The notes under the pieces: generated by a model
What the model was told of the DNA's origin: nothing
Seen by the model: the letters and a program-made list of their open reading frames with translations, nothing else
The model's database searches: none
Translations under genes and position numbers: made by a program
Source of the DNA: an uncultured Gemmatimonadales bacterium
Lineage (GTDB): Bacteria > Gemmatimonadota > Gemmatimonadetes > Longimicrobiales > Gaopeijiaceae
NCBI GenBank assembly: GCA_963823035.1
Contig: CAWGKG010000017.1
Location: 96,001-160,000, forward strand
Direction of reading: 5' to 3'
Length of the DNA: 64,000 nt
Shown here: piece by piece, positions 44,892 to 52,564 of the stretch
Layout of the letters: each line of letters begins with the position of its first letter
Position numbering within the stretch: the first letter of the stretch is position 1

Positions 44892-45560
44892 TCACGGCGC
44901 CAGCGCCCGATCGGCCTCCAGCGTCTCCGCGGGGAGAGAGGCCGCGCGCTTCCACAGGCCCGAGCCCACCACGCCGAAGGACGCGAGCCACGCGTAGTAG
45001 CCCATGTAGAGGTCCGAACGGTCGTCGGTCAGCACGAACCAGCAGAGGTTGAGCACCACCCCGAGGGTCATGAGCCAGGCCAGCAGGCGGGCTCGACCTC
45101 GTCCCGCATCGGAGATCCGCCAGAACGTCGCGAGCATGAACAGGTTCGTGAGGCCGCTCAGCACCCCGATCGCGCCGCCCCACCCACCCAAGGCGAGCAA
45201 CAGCGCCTGGATTCCCGGTAGGAGACCCTCCTCGACGTTCCCCTGTCCGAACGTGATGCCATAGTGGGCGACCGGGAGGAAGAACGACGTCGCGAAGAGG
45301 AGCCATCCGACGGTGAGCATCCGGCGCCAGCTCCGCCCCTCGACCTTCGCGAACTCCTCGGAGATGACGCCGGGTGAGCCGAGCGTCTCGCAGGCGTACC
45401 CGAACGCCCTCTCCGGCGCCAGTGTCGGGTTCAGGTGCAGCTCCACCTCGTACGCTGCCCGCAGGTGATCCTCCAGCTCGTCGAGGTCGTAGCGCGAGAA
45501 CGAGCGCTCCTTCGCGAAGCCGCGCCGCCAGTCCACCACCGCCCTCTCGAGATCGAACAT
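44892..45560 (-). CDS. Permease-prefix-domain membrane protein (PadR partner)
   Basis: MFDLERAVVDWRR..DLDELEDHL..LGSPGVISEEF followed by about four hydrophobic helices. Confidence 0.8.
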   Translation of the reverse strand: MFDLERAVVDWRRGFAKERSFSRYDLDELEDHLRAAYEVELHLNPTLAPERAFGYACETLGSPGVISEEFAKVEGRSWRRMLTVGWLLFATSFFLPVAHYGITFGQGNVEEGLLPGIQALLLALGGWGGAIGVLSGLTNLFMLATFWRISDAGRGRARLLAWLMTLGVVLNLCWFVLTDDRSDLYMGYYAWLASFGVVGSGLWKRAASLPAETLEADRALAP

Positions 45561-45564
45561 GGCC

Positions 45565-45897
45565 CTACCCCCACGTCTGGCTGAGCGCACCGTGCACGGC
45601 GAGCCAGCCGTCGCGATCCGCCGCGAGCTGCCGTCGTCCCTTCTCGCTCAGGTGGTAGTACCTGCGCCGTCTCCCGGACTCCATCGTCCGCCAGTCACCC
45701 ACGATGAGCCCCTCCTTCTCCAGGCGGCGCAGCACGGGATACAGCATCCCGTCCGACCACTGCACCCGGCCGCTGGACAGCAACGCCACGCGCTGGAGGA
45801 TCTCGTAGCCGTAGCTCTCACCGCCCTTGAGAATGGACAGCACCATGGGCCGCGAGGACGCGGCCACCAGCTCTTTGGAGAGGGAGATCGGTTCCAT
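45565..45897 (-). CDS. PadR family transcriptional regulator
   Basis: MVLSILKGGESYGYEILQ..GMLYPVLRRLEKEGLI..GRRRRYYHLSEKG. Confidence 0.95.
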   Translation of the reverse strand: MEPISLSKELVAASSRPMVLSILKGGESYGYEILQRVALLSSGRVQWSDGMLYPVLRRLEKEGLIVGDWRTMESGRRRRYYHLSEKGRRQLAADRDGWLAVHGALSQTWG

Positions 45898-45900
45898 TTC

Positions 45901-45923
45901 TATACCTTGAGGTACAAGGTATA
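45901..45923. promoter_or_regulatory. Perfect inverted repeat directly upstream of the PadR start; likely autoregulatory operator
   Basis: TATACCTTG-AGGTA-CAAGGTATA, 3 nt from the ATG. Confidence 0.75.
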
Positions 45924-45951
45924 ATCTCCTCGAAGCGATGTCCAGCCTATC

Positions 45952-45994
45952 GAGGCGGGGTGGTCGGACCGGCTTCGTCCGACCACCCCGCCTC
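45952..45994 (-). terminator. Strong 18-bp hairpin downstream of the PKD lipoprotein gene
   Basis: GAGGCGGGGTGGTCGGAC-N7-GTCCGACCACCCCGCCTC; no clear U-tract. Confidence 0.6.
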
Positions 45995-46032
45995 ACCCTG
46001 GGGGTACTCCGGCGGTGCGAGATCCGCACCGT

Positions 46033-46734
46033 TCACCACGTGAACTTCTTCGATCCGATCGAGCCGCCGCAGACGGCGATGAGCGTGCATCCGCGCACGT
46101 CCACCTTCAGCCAGCTCTTCCCCTTCGTCTTGGAGAAGTTCGAGGTCATGATGACCTTCGCCTGCGCCACGATGCCGCCGACCGGGAGGATCACCTCGAC
46201 CCGGTTCTTCGTCGTCGACAGGTTGTACTTGTGGAGGGTGTTGCCGAACACCTGGATCTCCACGTCGGCGCCCTTGTAGTCCGGGTGCACGTTGAAGCAG
46301 GCGCTCAGCACCTTGATGTCGGCGCAGGCGTGGGGAACGGGGTCGAGCGCCAGCGAGCCGTCGGACGCCACGCGGTTCCCGGCGGCGTCGGTCGCGGTGA
46401 CGACCACGCTGTACTTCCCGTCCTTGGTGTAGTCGTGCGTCTTCGAGATCGCGTCGAAGTCCGCCGTCACGGTGAACGTGGACCCGTCACCCCAGTCGAT
46501 GATGACGTTCGCCAGCTTCCCCTCGGGGTCGGTCACGGACGCCCTCAGCGAGCCGCGGAGGTAGACGTCGCCGACCTTGGCGACCTTCAGGGACGCGATG
46601 GTGGGGTCCAGGTCCATGGCGGGTTCCGTCGGCGAGCCGGCGTCACACCCACCCAGGAGGAGAGCCGCGGGAAGGGCCACGAGGAATCGGCTGTAGAGCC
46701 GGCGGCCGCGCAGGGCAGAAGTCGCGAGTCTCAT
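46033..46734 (-). CDS. PKD-like domain lipoprotein with unrecognised basic, Cys-containing C-terminal domain
   Basis: Lipobox LGGC; IDWGDGS..THDYTKDGKYSVVVTATDAAG. Confidence 0.75.
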   Translation of the reverse strand: MRLATSALRGRRLYSRFLVALPAALLLGGCDAGSPTEPAMDLDPTIASLKVAKVGDVYLRGSLRASVTDPEGKLANVIIDWGDGSTFTVTADFDAISKTHDYTKDGKYSVVVTATDAAGNRVASDGSLALDPVPHACADIKVLSACFNVHPDYKGADVEIQVFGNTLHKYNLSTTKNRVEVILPVGGIVAQAKVIMTSNFSKTKGKSWLKVDVRGCTLIAVCGGSIGSKKFTW

Positions 46735-46869
46735 CGGATGCTCCGGAGGTGGGGGTCTTCGCTCGCCCGTTTCGGGCCTTCACCTCGGAGAGCGTCGAAC
46801 GTGCGCGCATCCCCTCACGGCATCGGACGGACGCCGATCACGACCGGTTCGCGCTTGCGGTGGGCGCGC

Positions 46870-48318
46870 TCACTCCCCCTGCGCCGGGTCGTCTCCGAAG
46901 AATTGCCGCAGCGTAGACGCAGAGGCGGGCGCTGTCGTCAGGCTCACGGCGACCATGAGCGCCGCGCTGACCAGCACCCCGGCCTCCGCCGGATCGAGGC
47001 CGAGGAAGTACGGGTCGCCGTAGCGCGACCACACCAGGCAGGCGGTCATCCCGCCGAGCATCGAGGCGATGGCTCCCGACCGCGTCGCGCGCTGCCAGTT
47101 CAGGCCGACCACGACCGGGACGAACAGGAAGCTCACCATGAGCTTCGCGGCCCAGATGACGATGAAGTTCACCAGGTCGAATTGACGGAAGGCGAGCGCC
47201 ACCGGGATGGCGCTGAAGGTGAGCACGGCCAGGCGCCCCGCGCGCACCTTCGCCCGGTCGGACGCGTTCGGGCGGAGGAGCTTCCCGTAGATGTCGTGCG
47301 ACACCGCCGATGCGACGGTCAGGAGGATCGCGCCGCCCGTCCGCGTGAAGGTGACGACGGCCGCGAGGAGGACGAGGAGCCCGATCCACGGCGGAAGGAC
47401 GCTCATCCCCAGCACCGGGGTCGCGAGGTCGGGGTCGGGGAGCTCGGGCATCGCCACGCGCATCGACAACCCGAAGAGGAGCACGCCGACGCCGATGCAT
47501 CCCTGGAAGAGGAAGGAGTACCCGATCGCGAGGCGGGTCGCGCGCTTGCTCTGGATCGAGTAGATCGCCGAGATCTCGTACGGCGAGGCCGCGAGGCCCA
47601 GCCCGATCGCCATGGAGATGGCCAGCAGCTGGCGCCAGCCGAACCAGTTGGCGCTCAGGCGCGGGTCGAGCGCCGTCAGCGCTTCGCCCAGGCTCCCGAT
47701 GGAGCCGACGTGCACGAGCAGGTACGGCACCGCGAGGGCGTAGCTCCCCAGCAGGAGGATCGCCTTGAGCATCCCGACGTACGCGTTGCCGTACATGCCC
47801 CCCAGCACCGTGTACGCCGTCGTGATGACGGCCACCAGGAGGACCGCGCGCGTGTACTCCATCCCCCCGACCAGCCCGAAGAGGAGCCCGCCGGCCTGGT
47901 ACTGCGCGGAGAGCATGACGGCGTACACCACGAGGATGAACACCGCGGCCACCGCCCGCGCGCCCCGGCTCTCGAAGCGGGCGGCGAAGAAGTCGGGCAG
48001 CGTCAGCCCCGCGAAGCGGCGGATGCGCGGTGCCACGAAGAGCGCGGCGACCACCCATCCGATCCATACCAGGGGCCACGACCAGGCGTAGCTGATGCCG
48101 GAGAAGTAGTGGAAGCCGACCATCCCGATGGTGGCGCCCGCGCTGACCTGGTTGGCCATGAGCGTCGCGCCGCCGACGATCGGGCCGAGGCTGCGGCCGG
48201 CGGCGAGGAAGCCCTCCTCGGTGGAGGCGCGTCGGTAGTTGTACGCGCCGATCCCGCACACCAGAAGGAGGTACCCGCCGACGACCACCCAGAACGCGGT
48301 CAGGTGCGCGCCGGTCAC
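46870..48318 (-). CDS. Sodium:solute symporter (PutP/PanF-like)
   Basis: EGFLAAGRSLG; TLPDFFAARFES; YTVLGGM; VSHDIY; 12-13 hydrophobic segments. The GTG start overlaps the upstream stop. Confidence 0.9.
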   Translation of the reverse strand: MTGAHLTAFWVVVGGYLLLVCGIGAYNYRRASTEEGFLAAGRSLGPIVGGATLMANQVSAGATIGMVGFHYFSGISYAWSWPLVWIGWVVAALFVAPRIRRFAGLTLPDFFAARFESRGARAVAAVFILVVYAVMLSAQYQAGGLLFGLVGGMEYTRAVLLVAVITTAYTVLGGMYGNAYVGMLKAILLLGSYALAVPYLLVHVGSIGSLGEALTALDPRLSANWFGWRQLLAISMAIGLGLAASPYEISAIYSIQSKRATRLAIGYSFLFQGCIGVGVLLFGLSMRVAMPELPDPDLATPVLGMSVLPPWIGLLVLLAAVVTFTRTGGAILLTVASAVSHDIYGKLLRPNASDRAKVRAGRLAVLTFSAIPVALAFRQFDLVNFIVIWAAKLMVSFLFVPVVVGLNWQRATRSGAIASMLGGMTACLVWSRYGDPYFLGLDPAEAGVLVSAALMVAVSLTTAPASASTLRQFFGDDPAQGE

Positions 48319-49037
48319 GCGCCGTCCTCCGCGGTGCGCCGCGCCCAGGCGAGGTACGTCGGCACCCAGGCGACCATGATCCCGACCAGGAGCAGGAACC
48401 TCCACGTCAGCCCACCGTCGCTTCCGGGGGCCGCGTCCAACGAGGCGCAGTCGGTCGACGTGCCTCCCGTCGCGTCGGGGCGGGCCACCTGTACGAACGA
48501 GGGGATCGCCACGTAGCGCGCGCTCCACTCCGTGGCCGAAGCACGCGCCACGTGCGGGAAGAGCACGCTTCCCCCCTCGTCGGCGAAGCGCACCACGAGG
48601 TGGACCGTACCCTCGCGCTCGCCGTCACGCTGGGGGATGGGCTCCGTCAGGTGCAGGAGAGGCACGTCGGCGTCCGTCCCGACCGTGCGCACCTCGTAGC
48701 GTACCGAGAGCCGCAGCGTATCAGCTCCGGGCGCGACCGAAGTGTCGCGATGGACGAGCCAGGGGCCGCGGCGCTCGCGGACCAGCGCCGTCTCCACGCC
48801 GTCCCGCTCGATCCGGACCTCCCCGATGGCGGCGCACGGCCGAAGCAGCGCCCGCAACTCCAGGGTGCGCGGTCCGGGCGTGACCACGTAGCGCTCCTCG
48901 ACGCGCGCCGTGCCCGTCCGGTCGACCGTCACCTGGACGTCCACCGCACCGATCGGCTCCTGCGCGCGGGCGCCCGCCACCACCCCCAAGGCGAGCGCCG
49001 CGAGGGGCAGCGACCGGACGACGCCGCGGAGCGACAT
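48315..49037 (-). CDS. Exported beta-rich protein with C-terminal membrane anchor, unknown function
   Basis: Signal peptide (LAALALGVVAGARA), C-terminal FLLLVGIMVAWVPTYLAW; coupled to both neighbours. Confidence 0.7.
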   Translation of the reverse strand: MSLRGVVRSLPLAALALGVVAGARAQEPIGAVDVQVTVDRTGTARVEERYVVTPGPRTLELRALLRPCAAIGEVRIERDGVETALVRERRGPWLVHRDTSVAPGADTLRLSVRYEVRTVGTDADVPLLHLTEPIPQRDGEREGTVHLVVRFADEGGSVLFPHVARASATEWSARYVAIPSFVQVARPDATGGTSTDCASLDAAPGSDGGLTWRFLLLVGIMVAWVPTYLAWARRTAEDGA

Positions 49038-50006
49038 CAGTCGTCGTATCGCGTCGCGGTCGCGCCGTTCCCCATCATGAAGCCGTAGTCGCCGGGATGG
49101 ATGCGAGTGACGTAGTTGCGGCAGAGCACCACGATGCTCTCGTCGAACGGCGCGGTCATCGTCTCCAGCGTCTCGAAGGTGTACGGGCTGACGATGTCCG
49201 CCAGCGCCGTGCCCCCGGCAGGATCTGGCCCGGCGTGAGCGTGGCCCGCGGCACGCAGATTCCGCCGTGGCGCGGGCGCATGACCTTCATGTCGTGCATG
49301 AGGACCTGGCCGGCGCGGCGCTCCACGTCACCGTCGAGCACCCCCGCATAGCGGAGCTGGTTCATCACGCCGCGCACGCCGTTCGCCACGTGGGCCGGCT
49401 GGTCGTGGTAGCCCCCGCCGATCTCGACGACCATGCACCGCACCCCGTTCTCCTCGGCGTACGTGGCCGTGGTGCCGGGGTACGGCGTGGCCGGCTCGTA
49501 CAGGAGCGCCGGAAGGAACGCGCGGGACAGACCCTCGTCGTTCACCACGTAGCAGTAGTCGACCCACGGGAAGGTGCCCCCGCAGTGGATGTCGACCAGG
49601 AAGTCCAGGTGGTCGATGAACTCGTGCGCGATGACGTGGGCCTGCTGCTCGCTCAGCCAACCGTCGGGCGCGCCGGGGAAGAGCCGGTTCATGTCGAGTA
49701 TGGTCCACGGGCGTGTTGCGCGCGGCACCCTCCATCGCGAGCGGGTTGGCGACGCCGAGGATCCAGACCGATCCCGACAAGGTGCCCGGATCCAGCGTGC
49801 GTACCAGCTCGCGCGCGATGAGGAGCCCGTCCAGCTCGTCCCCGTGGATCATCGCCGATACACCGACCGTGGGGCCCGGGCGGCTGCCCTCGAGGACGTG
49901 GAGGGTGAGGCCGAGCTCGGAAGCCGCTGGCCAGCGTGGTGATGGGGGCGAAGCGGCGCGAACGGCCCGCGCCGAGATCGACGACGGTCGCGGATGAGGC
50001 GTTCAT
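49037..50006 (-). CDS. M14 succinylglutamate desuccinylase/aspartoacylase family hydrolase; frameshifted
   Basis: IHGDELDG; ANPLA; DMNRLFPG; VDIHCGG; VEIGGG; C-terminal biotinyl-like domain. Confidence 0.88.
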
Positions 50007-50148
50007 GGTCGGATCGGGAAGGAGGGTCGTTGTGCGGCGAAGCGCGGACGAAGCTACGGCGCGAACACGCGTCGGGCATCCGGGGAGCGGCATCGGACCG
50101 CGAAGCCCTGGGGCCCTGGCCTCCCGCCCTCCCGCACAGCTCGAGCCC

Positions 50149-50857
50149 TCAACGCTTCCCCTCCTCCAGTCTCCGGCGCAGCTCGATCGCTTCGTCGCGC
50201 GCCGCCTGGTCCAGCGCCGACGTGACCGGGAGCGCCAGAACGTGCTCGACCTCCACGAGGGCGAGCTCGGGCCGGCCGGTGTCCCGGTAGAGGTTGGCGA
50301 GCTGCAGATGGTGGTCCGGGACCTCGGGCGCCTGTTGCTCGGCGAACGCCAGGTTCCGCTCCGCCTCCTCCCAGCTCGCGCCGGCCAGCGCGTCTCCGCC
50401 GAGCAGCCTGGTGGCGATCCAGCGCACCACCGAGTTCATGCGGCAGACCCCCGCGTTCAGGCGCCCCAGGAGGTGCCGCGCCCGGGCGTGCTCCGGATCG
50501 AGCTCCAGGATGGCCACGAGCTGGCGGTGGAGCTCGTCGGCCGCCTTCACCTTGGTCTTCCCACCTTCGCGGTCGGCCCGGAGCCCGAGGACCACGGCCA
50601 GGGCGAAGCGACGGCCGACGTCTTCGGGGGCTTCCGATGGACGCTTCGCGGGCACGGGCTTCCGCCTCACGCAGGAGCTTCTTGGCCCGATCGCCGTCCG
50701 GCTCCGCCGTGGCGGCCTCGACGAGGACGCGGACGGTGTCGGGCACGCCGTCCACGGCCCACGCCGGTCGGGGAGGCGAGGGGTCCGGGGTGGTCACCTG
50801 CCCGGGGAGGTCACGGGCCAGGAAGAACGGCAATGCGAGGATCAGGATGGCGCGCAT
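50149..50857 (-). CDS. Secreted TPR protein resembling the RMDN (RMD1-3/PTPIP51) TPR domain; frameshifts near 50640-50680
   Basis: Signal MRAILILALPFFLA; EGGKTKVKAA..ILELDPEHARARHLLG..RMNSVVRWIATRLLGG..ASWEEAERNLAFAEQQAP..HHLQLANLY. Confidence 0.7.
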
Positions 50858-50872
50858 GAGAGGTCTCCCTGG

Positions 50873-51949
50873 TCAGATCGCGAGCAGGCCGGCCATGCCG
50901 GCACCAACCCGCACGGCGAGGTTTCCGAGTCGGGTGCCGACGCTCCGCCGCACGTCTCCGGGGAGGGCGGCGGCGAGGTCGGGTCCCCATACCTGGTCCT
51001 TGAAGGCGCGCACCACGGCGACGTCACGCGTCAGGACGACGAGCTCCTCGAGGATATGGTAGCTCATGAAGTCGAAGTTGCTCGATCCGGCGACCAGCAG
51101 GTCGTCGTCCACGACCATGGCCTTCAGATGGCTCATGCCACCCGCGAAGCGCCTCACCTCGAAGCCGTGGCGGTGCGCCACGTGAAGCACGTGGCGCGCG
51201 AGGTTGCTCTTGTTGTTCCGGGCCGGGGTGAGCACGCGTACGCGAACGCCCCGTCGCCGGGCCGCGGCCAGGTGGCGCGTGAAGGGGTGCGAGAGGTACG
51301 CGCTCGCCACGTCGATCGAGTGACGGGCGCCGCGGACGGCGTCGACCACGGGGCGTAGGCCGCGAGCGTTGCCCCGCCCGTTCAGCGCGATGACGCGGAG
51401 CGGACCGACCTCCCGGTCCAGCGCGACGGGACGTCCCTCGAAGCTGGCACGGAAGTCGGCCGCGAGGAGGCGCCCCAGCTCCGGGTCCTCGACACGCAGC
51501 ATCATGTCGTGCCACGCGAAGTTGTGATCGCTGAAGTTGATGCCGCCGAGGTAGGCCACCCGCTCGTCGATCACGGCCAGCTTCTTGTGGCTGCGCCGGA
51601 GGAGTTGCACGGGCGACGGCCCCAGTGGGTTTCCGAAGCGGACGCGAGCGCCCCCCGTCCTCAGACGGCGGACCCATCGGTGGGTCAGCAGGACCTCACG
51701 GCGGAAGGGCCGCTCCAACCACGCGCTCCCCGGGATCAGCCGGTCGTTGTGGTAGAGGAGGCTGAACCCGTCCACCAGGAGCCGACGGTCGGCGGCGGGA
51801 CAGGCCTCGAGCGCTCGGCCGAGCGAGGTGCCGACCCGGTCGCCTTCGAAGGAGAAGGTCTGGACGTAGGCGACATGCCGCGCGGAGCGAAGGTCGCCGC
51901 GGAGGCGGTCCCAGAATGCGGGCGCGTCGACGAGAAGCTCGATGTTCAT
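50873..51949 (-). CDS. Phospholipase D superfamily protein (cardiolipin synthase ClsB-like, no N-terminal TM)
   Basis: Two HKD motifs: SHKKLAVIDERVAYLGGINF and SHLKAMVVDDDLLVAGSSNFD; WHDMMLRVE. Confidence 0.9.
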   Translation of the reverse strand: MNIELLVDAPAFWDRLRGDLRSARHVAYVQTFSFEGDRVGTSLGRALEACPAADRRLLVDGFSLLYHNDRLIPGSAWLERPFRREVLLTHRWVRRLRTGGARVRFGNPLGPSPVQLLRRSHKKLAVIDERVAYLGGINFSDHNFAWHDMMLRVEDPELGRLLAADFRASFEGRPVALDREVGPLRVIALNGRGNARGLRPVVDAVRGARHSIDVASAYLSHPFTRHLAAARRRGVRVRVLTPARNNKSNLARHVLHVAHRHGFEVRRFAGGMSHLKAMVVDDDLLVAGSSNFDFMSYHILEELVVLTRDVAVVRAFKDQVWGPDLAAALPGDVRRSVGTRLGNLAVRVGAGMAGLLAI

Positions 51950-51953
51950 GGCG

Positions 51954-52448
51954 TCAGCCTCCCAGGAAGGTGGTGGCCACCCGGTGCGCCAGGAGCGACG
52001 CGCCGGTGTCCCCGAGGAGGCGGGCCGACCAAGCCAGCACGCCGAAGCGCACGGCTCGCCCCGCCGCTCCGGCGACGAGAAACGTACGACCACGCACGTG
52101 GAGCGCCCCGCACGCCAGCGCCACGCCGTAGAAGGGCGGTAGGCCCACCGCGGCGCTGGTGAAGACGAGAGAGCCCGTCGCCCCGTGGCGAGCACGAGAC
52201 GGCCGAAGCCGCCCGGCCGAGCTTCGTCCTCGCCCGCTCGGGGAGCCTCGGCGGGCGCCCAGCGCGCCAGCGCGTAGAGGAGGGACTTCGTGGACATCTG
52301 CCCCACGGTGGACGACGAGCGCCACCAGGGGCAGGCCCGCGGCGGGCACGGCCAGCGCGGCGCCGGCGACCAGAAGCTCGGCGTTCACCAGGGGAAGGAT
52401 TCCGCTCACGGCCGTCCCGATCAGCAGTCCTCCCAGGATCTCCCACAT
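51954..52448 (-). CDS. DedA/VTT (YqaA-like) membrane protein; frameshifted
   Basis: VSGILPLVNAELLV..GQMSTKSLLYALAR..VFTSAAVGLPPFY..FLVAGAAGRAVRF. Confidence 0.78.
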   Translation of the reverse strand: MWEILGGLLIGTAVSGILPLVNAELLVAGAALAVPAAGLPLVALVVHRGADVHEVPPLRAGALGARRGSPSGRGRSSAGRLRPSRARHGATGSLVFTSAAVGLPPFYGVALACGALHVRGRTFLVAGAAGRAVRFGVLAWSARLLGDTGASLLAHRVATTFLGG

Positions 52449-52490
52449 GTGCGACTCCTCCGGCTGGGGTGGTCGTTCTCCGTGGACCAT

Positions 52491-52510
52491 ACTATACCGT
52501 ATGGTATAGT
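52491..52510. promoter_or_regulatory. Palindromic operator upstream of the DedA-PLD-TPR operon
   Basis: ACTATACC-GTAT-GGTATAGT, AT-rich, about 40 bp upstream of the ATG. Confidence 0.7.
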
Positions 52511-52564
52511 CACGACCGGGAAAACGCAAGAGTCACGAGAGGCACAACCAGGGGCTTTCGTCCG

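Noticed and set aside
46015..48516. Long antisense or alternate-frame ORFs (also 884-2812, 21984-25025, 28734-31568, 57079-58251)
   Set aside because: Arg/Gly/Pro-rich or shadow translations of real genes, expected at high GC.
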